Shown here: positions 1 through 13,100 of the stretch, in pieces
How the letters are laid out: each line of letters starts with the position of its first letter
Numbering within the stretch: position 1 is the stretch's first letter
Source of the DNA: Macrostomum lignano
Taxonomy: Eukaryota
Assembly (NCBI GenBank): GCA_002269645.1
Contig: NIVC01000362.1
Location: 124,001-188,000, forward strand
DNA length: 64,000 nt
Direction: 5' to 3'
Translations under genes and position numbers: made by a program
Notes under the pieces: generated by a model
What the model was told of the DNA's origin: nothing
Seen by the model: the letters and a program-made list of their open reading frames with translations, nothing else
The model's database searches: none

Positions 1-30
1 CGTAGTAGTTCATTATTAATAAATAGATTG

Positions 31-516
31 CTAAGCCACCAATACACCGCCCCCAGATCCGCTGTCTCCATCGGGCTTGTTGCTGCCGCTGCTGCCACCG
101 CTACCGCCTGCGGCAGCCGCATCGCTAGGCCGTTCGCCAGCCAGCCGGATTCCGTGCTTCTCTTTGAATTCGTTCAATTCGCGGCCCTTGTCTTCTAGGC
201 GCTGTTTCATCTGTTCAACAAGAGCCAGCATCTGTTCCCGATTGGTAGACAGAGTTGGCAGGACTTCCCCGGCTGTGCGTTCAACTAACACGCTGCCAAC
301 CATGCGATAGCACTTCCTATCTGGTTGGACTTTCTCTAACACGTCAATAACTAGGCCGAATTCGCGGGCCTCCATCTCCATCTGGTTGATTCGCATACCA
401 ATTTGACGCTGCTCTTCGCGCAGCACGTTGAACTGATTGACAGCCTCTTGTACGTTTTTTTTGCTAGGCGCGGCACCGCTGCTGCCGCTACTGTTGCTAA
501 CCGCAGATGTTGACAT
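31..516 (-). CDS. PFDN2: Prefoldin subunit 2, single exon, 161 aa
   Basis: Helix-beta hairpin-helix pattern with the RKCYRMVGSVLVERT..EVLPTL core and C-terminal GVLVA, both typical of prefoldin beta-type subunit 2. Confidence 0.93.
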   Translation of the reverse strand: MSTSAVSNSSGSSGAAPSKKNVQEAVNQFNVLREEQRQIGMRINQMEMEAREFGLVIDVLEKVQPDRKCYRMVGSVLVERTAGEVLPTLSTNREQMLALVEQMKQRLEDKGRELNEFKEKHGIRLAGERPSDAAAAGGSGGSSGSNKPDGDSGSGGGVLVA

Positions 517-2940
517 ATTGGATATTTTTAGAGCTAGTTTAACCTCTCTGCAATTAGGGTATAGTAAAAAAATATTACAATATAAGAAATGTTGCAGTGC
601 ATGTTTTGCTACTAGTTAGTAGTATCTAGTATGAGCTGACTTATTTTATTTCTTTCACGATTCGTTTCTTTTATGGACCAAAAGCATACATGCAACATTA
701 TATTGAGAAGCAGAGGACACGCAATAAATATGGATTCAATAATTTATTCACTTATTAGCTAATTTAAATGCCATTTCAAGGCATACCCAACCCAGGATGC
801 TTTCGAAACAAATATGCCATTTTGCAAGCATCAAAGAAGTGCAACCTTCAAACTTCTTGAGTACAGTTCTAAAATGCTCAAACTTTCGGCAGGCACATCC
901 ACATATAGTATTTCTATGAAACTTTATGCATCAATAAAACAAACATAAAAGAGAATGTAGGTCAAATTTAAACTTATTTAAACAATCCTGCTGTCCACAG
1001 AGAATACAGTCTGGAAACTTTTGCAACACCCCTCATATATCAGTAACTGGGTGTTTGCTGTATAAATAAGAACAGTTACTAAAAATACCACAATTTATTC
1101 AAATTATTGCCAACATTCCTGTCCTACTTCTAAACATAGTAAACATCTTGCTTTGGCCCAGAATCAACTGAATCGATTTGGTTGTTATTGACAAGCAAAT
1201 AACATGAAAAGCTCTTCCAATCACTGTGTACTTCAGTGCAGCAAATTGTGGCAAATGCAAAGTAGCATGTGAAGGCTAATATTATATGTTTAAACAGGCC
1301 AGCTGGGCCAATAAAAAAGTAAGTTTCTGTTAATAGAAAGAGCAATATCTGGGATCATGTCTAGCCCAAATTTAATATCCAAAATGATGTTAAATTTTGA
1401 CAGCTAAACATGCACAATCATTGACCAGATGGTTCTTGATTCCAAGTTTTAGAAGCTATTAGGATGATAAGTTGGATGCCAAAAAACACCAGCAATTCAA
1501 TAGTATGAGTTCAATGGGATTATGGGAAGGCAATTGACATCCTACACTATTGATAGGAAAGGTGTGATCTTTACTAGTGGCTATGCGGAAAATACCTCCT
1601 ATCAATCTGATGACAACATGTAAGACTTGTTAATCATCCACTGAAGGATAAAGCCATATCTGACATTGACAAAGAAGACTTTGTGGCAACATTTTTAATA
1701 CTATTATATAGTGTGCAACTATTTCTGTTTGTTGCTTCTTTAAATCTATGGTCAGACCTTCACAATGAAACATGTGACTTTTAATGATATAAGTTCTAGC
1801 ATAAAACTGTTTTGCAATTAGACCCCTATAGCCTAAGCTAATACTCAAAAGGGAAAGGACTTATGGGAATATCCATCCCTTGTAAATACTACTATAAGAG
1901 TGCACTAATGGACTATCTGAATTTTCTAGCGTGGATAAATGATACATTCAGCCTTTCTAGCCTATAGTACTTTAAAGTGGCTAGTCAAGACATTCATCAA
2001 AAGCATCAAAGCTAGCTACACTTGCCAAGCTTATTACAAGATAACTAGATGAGTTTTGGCTACATAATGGTTTATATTTATATTTAGATGACACAAAAAC
2101 TATTTTTTTCTAGTAGTAAAGAAGCCTTCATAAGTAGAGTTTAATATATTTTTAAAAATATTTTTCTATTTTTTGACTTTTCATACCAAAACTTACCATT
2201 TTTTATGAAATTAAATACTAGCTAGTGCCTAGGCCCTAGGCCTAGGCGAAACTATAGTGAAATAGTAATATAATTTCAAGGCTTATAAAATAAAATTAGA
2301 TAGGAAGAGAAGCCTTTAGTTATATTAGAAATAGATATGACTTCTATATAGATAGCCAACTTAGGGAAAATGCAATTATTTATATATAATAGAGGGAACA
2401 TATATAGATAGGCCTAATAAAGTAAATAATAAGAAGCCTTGTCTATTATATCATTCTTTTAATAAAAAATATATTTATATGTATTTTTCTCTTTGTTATA
2501 GTTTTTGTTGAATTTTAATTCTATATAATTTCATTGCAAAGTGAGTCTAGATGCATTTAGGAAAAATCTACTTACCTACTTATATTAAAATCTTTCTCTA
2601 TGTATTGCATATTGGCCATTGTTATGAAAGCATCTAATAGCCCGTAGGCCTATCTACCATAAAATTGGAAATGTGACTTTGGTATATTTTCTTATAATAA
2701 TATACTATATATTTAGCAACTTAAAAAATGTCTATGGTCTAGTCCAATCCAAACTTCTATGGTCTTTAACAAGTTAATAAATAATTAATAAATAGAAATA
2801 AAGTCTTAAGTTTATCAGCTACAGTACTTAACTTTTTAATGTCATGGCTGGATGCTCTCCTGCATCATTGTTTATTGTTTTTCCTGCACAAGTGCATCCA
2901 GCATTGGCTTTGTGTGATATGGAAATAACTATGTGAGACC

Positions 2941-3878
2941 AGGTCCTAGTCATTTCATCAACTGGCGTTTCGTCAACTGGCCATTTCGTCAACTCAGTTT
3001 TAGCATTGGTCGTTTCGTCAACTAGCCAATGAAGCGGTCTCAAACCTTGGTCACTTTGTCAACTGACCAACGGGGAGTTCCCCAAAATAGGTCACTTCGT
3101 CAACTGCCAATAAACTACCCCCCCCCCCCGCGGCCGCAAAAAAACTAAAACTGAACCCTGAGATTACTAGGTCGACAGGCTATTTAATATATAGATACCC
3201 TTCTGCGCAAAATCTGCCGGCTTCGATCGATGCGTCTCTGGACTATACATTAACAAACAATAATTCACTCAGGTGTTTGAAACGTGTGCAGTATGACGCG
3301 GTTGATATCCCATGTTACACATTTGCAGGAAGGCGCACGCTGCAGTCCACTAATTTTCACGACTCCACAGGGGACTATTAGCAGTCCTCTCCATGTGTTT
3401 TGATAGTATGAATGCCCACCATGTATGTGGACGCATGTACTGTATGCAGATTGCATAAAACACAAATGCTCAAGATTCATTGACGCCCGGATGAATATGA
3501 TGGGTATGAGTGTGCATAGGTGACGCACTTGCATCTAGAATATTCGCATCGGAACATTTAACCCATCGAATACATGTATAATGGGCATGCAGTTAACATA
3601 TACTGTACACTGTAACGAAATTGCAAAGTTTGATCGTTTAAAATAAAATTAGGTACTTATTAAAACAAACTCATCGATATAACAACTATTGTAAGCTACA
3701 CAGCTGTATGAACTACATATCATTCATATAATGACAATTTTGGTCACTTCGTCAACAAGCAAATGGGGAGGACCTAGGCATTGGTCACTTCGTCAACCAC
3801 CAGTAAAGTCGCCTTAACACTTTGGTCACTTCGTCAACCGAGTTGACGAAACGCCAGTTGACGAAATGACCATCACCC
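2941..3878. mobile_element. Non-autonomous DNA transposon (TIR element with 8-bp TSD)
   Basis: GTGAGACC is duplicated at 2933-2940 and 3879-3886. Subterminal inverted repeats are GTCATTTCATCAACTGGCGTTTCGTCAACT / AGTTGACGAAACGCCAGTTGACGAAATGAC, with internal repeats of GTCACTTCGTCAAC. Confidence 0.8.
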
Positions 3879-4053
3879 GTGAGACCTTGCTATGATGACA
3901 GCTATAATATGCAATCTAATATCATCAAGGTGATCAGTTCATTGATAGTTATGCTTGGGTCTATCTTGGTTGACATGCCTAAGTCTTAATCTGGAGATTC
4001 CTTTAATGAATGGAACTTGACAATTGCCTACTTTTGTATATTGTATGCCAAAT

Positions 4054-4247
4054 CAGTAGCTCAACTAGAAATTTTTCAAGGGGGGGGTGGGGGCAGATTC
4101 TGAGGGTAAAGTCCAGGAGGGGGGCAGTGGAGGGGTGCTCTGTGCCTTTGTTTTTGGTGAAAATTCGCTTTGTCTCTCCTTTGATTTTTTTCAGTCCCCC
4201 ACCTAAGGGGGGGGCGACCACCCCCCACCCCCCTGGTTGTGCCACTG
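4054..4247. mobile_element. Short MITE with G/C-tract interior
   Basis: Imperfect TIRs CAGTAGCTCAACTAG / CTGGTTGTGCCACTG. Flanks TGCCAAAT and TGCCAACC form a 6/8 TSD match. A related copy lies at about 47630-47775. Confidence 0.65.
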
Positions 4248-5594
4248 TGCCAACCAAATACAAGTTTTTTTAGATTCAAGCATGTCAAATATGCATACCA
4301 ATGAACAATAAAAGGATAAATGCATGCTAGAAAAATTCTGGCATATAGGACAGCTCCTAGCCCTAGGTCTACTCTAGAAATAAAAATGTTTATGAATATC
4401 AACAGAGTTATAAAGAAATGCAAGACATAGGCCTAACCAAAAATGAACAATGGGTCTCCTGGACAATGAACAATGCCATAGCCTATAGCTCCCTCCTATC
4501 AAAAGCAGTAGGCCCCTACTAATTTTCATTTTTGTACCTCCTATCCTCGTTATGTATTTTTCAGTAAAACCTTGCCTCTTCAATTTTTCAGGAAACGCAG
4601 GCCTAGTTTCCTCCTTAATCACAATCACAACGCTGCAACACGCAAGTTCAAACGGCGACCACGTTTAGATAATGCTAGACTAGATAGATTAATAATGATA
4701 TGACACCTCACCTAGAGACAAAAACTCATTATTGATATGTAGGATTATTTTGCTAATATTAATAATACGACGCTTTTAATTTCGTCGATGGAAGTCGAGC
4801 TCGTGTCGCTGAGGCTCTGCCTGAGTCTGATTAATACTTATCAGGCAGTCAATTAAAAACTTGAATTTCTTAAGAATTTTTATGATGTTTCGTTAAACAC
4901 TGTTGTAATGCAAACTCTAATACTTTTGCCGAAAATTCTAACAATTAGGTCAGAAAGTGATATATGAGAACGCTTGTGGAAAATTATCTTTAATATTTCT
5001 GTAATTTTTTATTATACTGTAACTTTAAAAAAATAAAATATTTAAAATTGAAGATTGGCACAACAAATTTTATATAGCTTCTACAAAGTGTGTCAACTTA
5101 CTAACTGTAGTTTTCCTACTTTGTTGCGTCGCCTTGCCCCTGATAAAACTTTTTTAATTATTATTTGTAAAGATTAGGCCTAGACCGCCTAGGGGCCTAG
5201 TCTAACTAAGCTAAGGCTTATTTCTACATGAATAAAACGCACTTGCTATTGTGACTGTATAAATAGGAAAATGATAGTTTAGATGCTCAGTGTGTAAGAA
5301 ACTATCGAAGCATAAGCTTTTAACCTAATGTAGGCCTAAGCTGGCTAAGCATATTTATATATTTATTTATACCGCGCACCATATATATATATATAGGCCT
5401 ATATAACAAAACTATTGTTTTTATAGTTGCCATTCCATAGGCCTGCCTATGGTATGGCCAAAAATAGGCCATATGTATGGCAATGGCAACTATAGTCATA
5501 GTCAGGAAGGTGGCACAGTGTGTGCTAGAATAATTTTTGGGAAAAGATCTATGTGCCATTTATATACCATAGTTTAGATTGTATATTATTATTA

Positions 5595-5989
5595 CGAAGA
5601 GCTTGCGTGCACGGCAGCCGTTCACGTAAGCTCAGAATTGCGTGCACGGCGGCTATCTACCTAGTGCTTTATTTGCATGTATGCAGCCGTACACCTAGTG
5701 TTGTAATTGCGTGCACGGCAGCCGGCAATTGGCCGGGACTGGGGCCCTTAAATCCACGCATTGGCATTGGCAAACCTAATTAAAAAATATTTTTACTATA
5801 TTGTTTTATAATGTTTTATCCCCCGTACACCATGGACTGCAAATGTAATCTTAATTCATTGTTTTTTTTGTTAACTTGAATATTAATTCGAATAGTATAT
5901 GACTTACTGTATAAGCCTATAAGATATAGCTCTGCCGTGCACGCAATTCTGAGCTTACGTGAACGGCGGCCGTGCACGCAAGCTCTTCG
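5595..5989. mobile_element. MITE with about 55-bp TIRs
   Basis: CGAAGAGCTTGCGTGCACGGC...GCCGTGCACGCAAGCTCTTCG. Flanked on both sides by TTATTATTA (5586-5594, 5990-5998), which is either a 9-bp Mutator-like TSD or a TTA TSD within a TTA run. Confidence 0.8.
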
Positions 5990-6009
5990 TTATTATTATG
6001 TCTAATAAT

Positions 6010-6694
6010 TAGAGCTGTCACGAGATCTCGACGAGACAAGATTTGAGACAAGATCTCGACATTTTTTCTCGTCTCGAGAAATCTCGAATTTTGTCAAGAA
6101 ATTTGAGACGAGATTCAAGAATTTTTCCGATACCTTTTTTCAAAAGCTTTTAAGTGATAAAATATAAAAAGGGGAGCAAATTTTCATATAAATACAACTG
6201 TTTGTTGTAACACACTTGATAGGGCAATTTTCAAATGGTAAAATCTAGCCAATGTCAAGCAGTTATTTAATGAACGTCGTTATATACAAGTTTGCATTGC
6301 ATATGTGCTCTTTTAGTTATCATTTCAGTTCTGCAGCAAGGTGTATCATAGCAGACTTGAAGATAATCTACATAGGTCTTTTGACAAATTAGTAATAGAC
6401 ATAGTAGGGCCAAGGGCCTATATGCTACAAGCATAAATTCTTATAAATAAATAGCAAAGAATTAAAACTAGAATTAAGAAAGTATTCTGGAAAATCTAAA
6501 AAATATTTTTTTAGAATTCTATCTTATCAAGAAATTTAAGACAAGATAAGGCAAGATAAAAGCAAGACAAGATGCAATTCTGAAATATATTTTTTAGATT
6601 TACTTTGTCTTGTCTCGTCTCGAAATTCTCGACTTATAAGCCTTTCTCGTCTCGAATCCCGTCTCGAATAAAATCTCTAATTTTGACAGCTCTA
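6010..6694. mobile_element. hAT-type MITE
   Basis: TIR TAGAGCTGTCA / TGACAGCTCTA. Exact 8-bp TSD CTAATAAT at 6002-6009 and 6695-6702. Subterminal CTCGA/GAGAC repeats. Confidence 0.85.
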
Positions 6695-6819
6695 CTAATA
6701 ATATACAGTAAGAGTTTAATATTAAAAAAATAAAACCTTATTTCTAATGTCATGGCTGTCATAGTATACTAAATGACCTTTGACCTTTTATCCTTTTATC
6801 CTTTTACCTTTTAAAGCCC

Positions 6820-7399
6820 CCATAGTCAGGATGATGTATATTACGCCAGACTTTTTTTGGCGTACAGTTGGTGTAAAATATGAGACAAAATACCAGGTAT
6901 ATTTGGCGTACCTTTTGGAGTGACGCCGTAGTGTAAATACACCAAGCAGCGTATGCCAACTCCAACCTTCACACCAAAGTTAATATTTAATTAACAATTG
7001 TTGGCATAATGCCATAACCTTAGAATCTTATTATAAAACCTTAAAAACCGTAAAACTCGTAAGATGATTAAGTTCATAACTATTTGTGATTTATAAAAAT
7101 TTAAAATTCCACGCGAACTAATTGTGTAATTTTCTAAAAAAACTTTAACAAAAAATTGATTTTTGTTGGCATTATCTGTAAGCCAATTTACTTTAAATGA
7201 AAACCACACATTTGTTAAATAATTTATTTGAAAAAAAGAAATTTTTGTAACACGCAAAAAAGGTCATTTATTGTTGCAAAGCCTAGAAAACCTGGCGTAA
7301 GTTCCTAGGACCTTGGCGTATGTTTCAGTATAAAGTGGAATATAGATTTTTTAGGGGACTTTTTTTCCGGCATATACCATGACATGATCCTGACTATGG
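6820..7399. mobile_element. TIR element with CCATAGTCAGGAT ends
   Basis: CCATAGTCAGGAT at 6820 and its reverse complement ending at 7399, with internal TACGCC/GGCGTA repeats. No clear TSD. Similar termini occur near 5497 and 9428. Confidence 0.55.
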
Positions 7400-10145
7400 C
7401 TAGGCCCCTATCATAGTAGTACACATTAAAAATGCTATGTATAATATTAATATAGAAATGATGGCCCCTAAGTACATTTTTGCTTAGGCCTAACCTTTGT
7501 TGTGCATCTGCGCATTTTATACATTGAATATTGTAGGGACTAATTGGGCAATTCCATGAGTAGGTTATTACTAGATCAAAAATTAAAACTTTGTTGACTA
7601 TTAACAATTTTGTTTTTAAGTTAAGGCCTAGTTAAGCATATATATATTTTATATAGGCCTCTTTTTTATATTTCTCAATAGTTAGGCCTACTTATTTTCA
7701 TTTGAATAATTGCTCTTAATGCATATACCTATAACCATAGACCTTGATATACAAATTTTCAGGAATAAATATAATTTTATTCCCTAAACATTTGGTAAAC
7801 TGATTGATCTAGCTAGCTGGCAAAGGGTCTAGCCAAGGAACATTGCAAAAAGGCTTACCTGAAAAGAGCAAGTAATTTGCACATAGTACTAATTAGATGA
7901 CAAGGTATTAAGCCTTAATATTAAGTACAGTTATTAACTTAGTAAGTATTAAATATAGATATGTTACTAACAAGTAGCACCTCCCATTGGGATCAAAAAA
8001 TACAATACAAGTTTTATAATAAACTACATGCAAAATCTCTTTGCAATAGGCCTATACCTCAGTAGTCCCTTATAAGCTTTGGCATATCAATAATTCCTCC
8101 CACAAGCCTTAACATTAACTTCCCTCTTGATATCTCAGCAATGCTTCCTTTAAGCCTTGAAATCTAAAAAAAATCTATCAACCTTCTAACCTTAACTCTA
8201 GCCTAAACCTAACCCTTAAGTTTAGGTTTAGGAATAGATTTAGGAATAGATATTAAGTATAATAAGTAATATATAGTAAAGTAAATAGTAAATAGTATAT
8301 AGTATAATATAATATAATAGTATTTAATATAATTAATTGCCATTTACCCAAAATGCAAAATTTTAAATTCAAAAGCAGGCAGAGTCGAGAGCCCTAAACA
8401 AGTATGATCATTATAATTCAGACCATTGTCTATTGTAAGACCTGCCAATCTATCATTCTTTAGATTGATCCTAAATATGTTATGACTTGATGCAATTCAG
8501 AATGCAATTTGATATAATCAATAAACATTTAGCAACACTCCAGCAATATCTAAATAGACAATGATTAATTAAAGATGCTTATATATAGGCTATATACATA
8601 GGCTTCAGCTCCACATGGGTTGTTGCCATGATATATAGACACAGTCAGTATGGTTATATTCCAATTTTATAAACTTTATTGATCGCTCATATTTAAGGCT
8701 ACAACTGTTACACTATGACTATCACCATTAAATAAGTTGAATAAAATAATCTAGACAAGCAAATCATTCTATTCTTTGTGTTTTACAGTAGGCCTAGGTA
8801 TACATGTTATATTTTAGAAAAAAAAACATTTTAGATGCTCAGTTAAACAAAAATTTTCAGGAATTCAAAAGCATTTTTTGTCTCCATGTGGGCATGTTTC
8901 TGTGGCTACAATTGTCATACCTACTAAAATGTGCCTCATTCAATTTTAAATAAAAATATAGTTCTAAAAACCGTCTTCTATAAATTACAATGTAGACTTG
9001 TTATTTAAGGACCACAAAACTAGTACAATTTTTTTCATATTACAATTCAACATTATATTCTAAAACCTATGATCATCATACTTGTGGACATACAGTGGCC
9101 CAACCTCAAAATTTCACCCATCTGGTGCAACTTAGTTCCTCTTGATTGCGACTTAGTTCCTCCAATTTCAACTTAATGTTCATTTTGTATATAAGCTTTT
9201 TTGCCTTTTTCTCTTCTTTTCTTTTTCTCTTTCTCACCTTTCTTTTCCTTTTTTCTTTTCTCTATCCTCTCTTTTCCTTTTCTCTTCCTTTCCTTTCTTT
9301 CTTCCCCCAATTTTTAGTTTTTTTGAATTTTCAATTTTGCAACTTACCTTGGCCAATGGCCATTTTACCTATTTGGTTTAGACAAGTTAGACAGATATTA
9401 GGCATGTATGCTTATGGAATTGCCTAGTCCATAGTCAGGATAGCATATCTGTGCTAGAATGAATCCTCTGGCTAAAAAAAATGCTAACCCAAAAATATAG
9501 ATGCAGTATTGATTAGTTGAGAAGGCATTTAGCCTTAATTAGTCATAGTTACTTTTGCCATTCATCCAAAATTGCATTAACTTTTGTTTTAGTGTTTCTT
9601 TCATAGGTAAGTTGCATTTTTTGGTCAAAAAGTAGGTCACATGGCCAGTATAAATCAGAGGGACTATGCATGTATGTCTAGACTATAGCTTTTAATATAT
9701 TAAATAAGTCTACTATAAGAGGAAAAACGAATTGAAAGTACTAATTTAAAAAAGATAGCAAAAAATTATATAGTCTTCCTATGAATTTTAGGCTTATGAC
9801 TGTCTTCCGTAGGCATTATGGCAAAAGTTTAGGTTTTTTGGTATATTAGATTAGTTTTTAACAAAACTTGAATATATACTAGATAAAAAGGTAAAATGGC
9901 TTATTAGACAAATAAATTGGTTAAATAAAGAAGTTATAAAAATGTTTTATTTGGCAAAAAATAATTATAGTGCTTATTAGGCAAAATGTTGTTTATTTCA
10001 TTATAGACATTTTATTCTCATACTTTTCATGAGTAACTGGTCAATGTGCCTATTATTACACACAGCAATATACCAGAAGTCCTGTGGCTTCAGAAAATAA
10101 ATAATTCAAACAGATTTTCTTTTACAACAGCTTTTAACTAAAAAT

Positions 10146-13100
10146 ATGGAAGCAGCAACCAATGGCATTAGTCAGGCACCACCTATGCAGCAAGAACAGC
10201 AACAACAGGCGCAGTCAGTTGTTGTCAATCTATCTGGCAATAGAGTTGGCCTAGTGAAAGAAGTAGTTAGCAGTGGTGGCCAGACTATCTTCATGGAGCG
10301 TCGAGGCCCCGTGCCAGTCACTGTGTACCAATCTGCGTCTAATTTAACAGCTTCAACTCCGTCCACTAGCTTAAATGCAACAAGCCGACCATTTACTGCT
10401 ACAACAGCTACTAATATAATTGTTGTTAACAGTCGCGATTCAAAGTCCTCTTTTGCCACTACTGCTAGCAGTAGTAATATCAGCAGTGGCGGCGGAATTG
10501 TTGTATTATCAAAAGATTCTTCGTCATCTTCAGCGAAGCCGATTGTTGGCAATCAGACGCGATTGTTTAGCGTATCGGCTAGTGCAACAACTGCGGCGCC
10601 TGTTGTGCTGCCGGCTGCCGCTCATGCGCCTTCTAATGCTGGCACAGCAAAGCCTACTATCATTATTGGCGGCCAAAGGGCTGCTCAGTTTAATCTGGCT
10701 GGTACTAGGATAGTCAGTCCATCAACTGGTTACCTGCAAAGTCAACAGCAGCAGCAGAGTTCTCAGATGTTGCAACGGCTGCGACCGCCGTCTCCTCTAA
10801 AAGTACTTCAGGCTTCGTCCCAAGGAGCGGCAGCAACCGCTGGTATCGGTAATCGTTCATCCAAGGTGCAACCGTCTTACCTGCCGCCCGCACTGACGTC
10901 GTCCTTATCTGTTAATGTTGCTAATCAGCAGCAGCATCCGCCGCCGCCGCTAGCAGCAAATGAAGTTATAATTGGCGATGCCGTGGCTGCCGATTCAGTC
11001 CATTTGACTAATTCGACGAGTTCACCTTCGCAGCCAACGCAGTCTAATTTGATAACTAGTAGACGTAAACAGCGTCTATTGGAAAGCCACGGCACTGTCG
11101 CTGTTCCTAATGTCTCCACATTTACTGCTACTACTACTACTAGCAAAAGTAGTGCAGGAAGTGCAATCTCTGTTCGTTGTATTTGTCAGTACTCGCACGA
11201 CGACGGCAATTGTGTGCAGTGCGTCGCTTGTCAGTAAGTTTTACGACACTTGAATTCGCGTTCTTTGAGTAGATTAGATGAGGCTTCTCTTAAGTAGCCG
11301 AGGTTTTTTTAGTAACTGGGGTGTCCCTTGAGTAGCTCAGGCGTCCCTTGATTAGCTCAGGTGTCCCTTGAGTAGCTTAGGTGTCCCTTGAGTAGTTGAG
11401 GTGTTCCTTGAGTAGCTCAGGTGTCCCTTGAGTAGTTGAGGTGTTCCTTGAGTAGCTCAGGTGTCCCTTAAGTAGTTAAGGTGTTCCTTAAGTAGCTCAG
11501 GTGTCCCTTGAGTAGCTCAGGTGTCCCTTGAGTAGCTCAGGCGTCCCTTGATTAGCTCAGGTGTCCCTTGAGTAGCTTAGGTGTCCCTTGAGTAGTTGAG
11601 GCGTTCCTTGAGTAGCTCAGGTGTCCCTTGAGTAGTTGAGGTGTTCCTTGAGTAGTTGAGGTGTTCCTTAAGTAGCTCAGGTGTCCCTTGAGTAGCTCAG
11701 GTGTCCCTTGAGTAGCTCAGGTGTCCCTTGAGTAGCTCAGGTGTCCCTTAAGTAGTTGAGGTGTTCCTTAAGTAGCTCAGGTGTCCCTTGAGTAGCTCAG
11801 GTGTCCCTTGAGTAGCTCAGGTGTCCCTTGAGTAGCTCAGGTGTCCCTTGAGTAGCTCAGGTGTCCCTTAAGTAGTTGAGGTGTTCCTTAAGTAGCTCAG
11901 GTGTCCCTTGAGTAGCTCAGGTGTCCCTTGAGTAGCTCAGGTGTCCCTTGAGTAGCTCAGGTGTCCCTTGAGTAGTTGAGGTATTCCTTGAGTAGCTGAA
12001 GTGTTCCTTGAGTAGTTGAAGGGTTCCTTGAGTAGCTCAGGTGTCCCTTGAGTAGCTCAGGTGTCCCTTGAGTAGTTGAGGTATTCCTTGAGTAGCTGAA
12101 GTGTTCCTTGAGTAGTTGAAGGGTTCCTTGAGTAGCTCAGGTGTCCCTTGAGTAGCTCAGGTGTCCCTTGAGTAGTTGAGGTGTCCCTTGAGTAGTTGAG
12201 GTGTTCCTTGAGTAGCTCAGGTGTCCCTTGAGTAGTTGAGGTGTTCCTTGAGTAGCTCAGGTGTCCCTTGAGTAGCTCAGGTGTCCCTTAAGTAGTTGAG
12301 GTGTTCCTTAAGTAGCTCAGGTGTCCCTTGAGTAGCTCAGGCGTCCCTTGATTAGCTCAGGTGTCCCTTGAGTAGCTTAGGTGTCCCTTGAGTAGTTGAG
12401 GTGTTCCTTGAGTAGCTCAGGTGTCCCTTGAGTAGTTGAGGTGTTCCTTAAGTAGCTCAGGTGTCCCTTGAGTAGCTCAGGTGTCCCTTGAGTAGCTCAG
12501 GTGTCCCTTGAGTAGCTCAGGTGTCCCTTGAGTAGCTCAGGTGTCCCTTGAGTAGTTGAGGTATTCCTTGAGTAGCTGAAGTGTTCCTTGAGTAGTTGAA
12601 GGGTTCCTTGAGTAGCTCAGGTGTCCCTTGAGTAGCTCAAGTGTCCCTTGAGTAGTTGAGGTATTCCTTGAGTAGCTGAAGTGTTCCTTGAGTAGTTGAA
12701 GGGTTCCTTGAGTAGCTGAAGTGTTCCTTGAGTAGTTGAAGGGTTCCTTGAGTAGCTCAGGTGTTCCTTAAGTAGTTCAGGTGTCCCTTAAATAGCTGAG
12801 GTGTCCCTTGAGTAGATTAGGTGAGGTGTCTCTTGATTATCATAGATTAAATGAGGTGTATTTCGAGTAGGTGAAGTATAGTCAAGTGCAAGGTATGACT
12901 GGGCAAGGAAAAGTCTGAGGTTGGTGAGGTGTCTACTCGTATCTTTTCAGTAGTAGAGTAGCTAAAGTGTCTTCTGAAAAGGTGTGCGACTTTAAAATCG
13001 ATTAGTTAACCGCACTAAATTTGCCTGTCGCATAAAAATGTACACCCGCTGTCTTTAATCATATCTTCCTCGCAGCGTATGGCAGCACGTTGACTGCATG

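Noticed and set aside
11321-12810. Regular repeat arrays as a CRISPR array, or as recursive splice sites (CAG/GT in each unit)
   Set aside because: There are no unique spacers and the context is eukaryotic. The GT is followed by GTCC/GTTC, a poor donor, and there is no pyrimidine tract.
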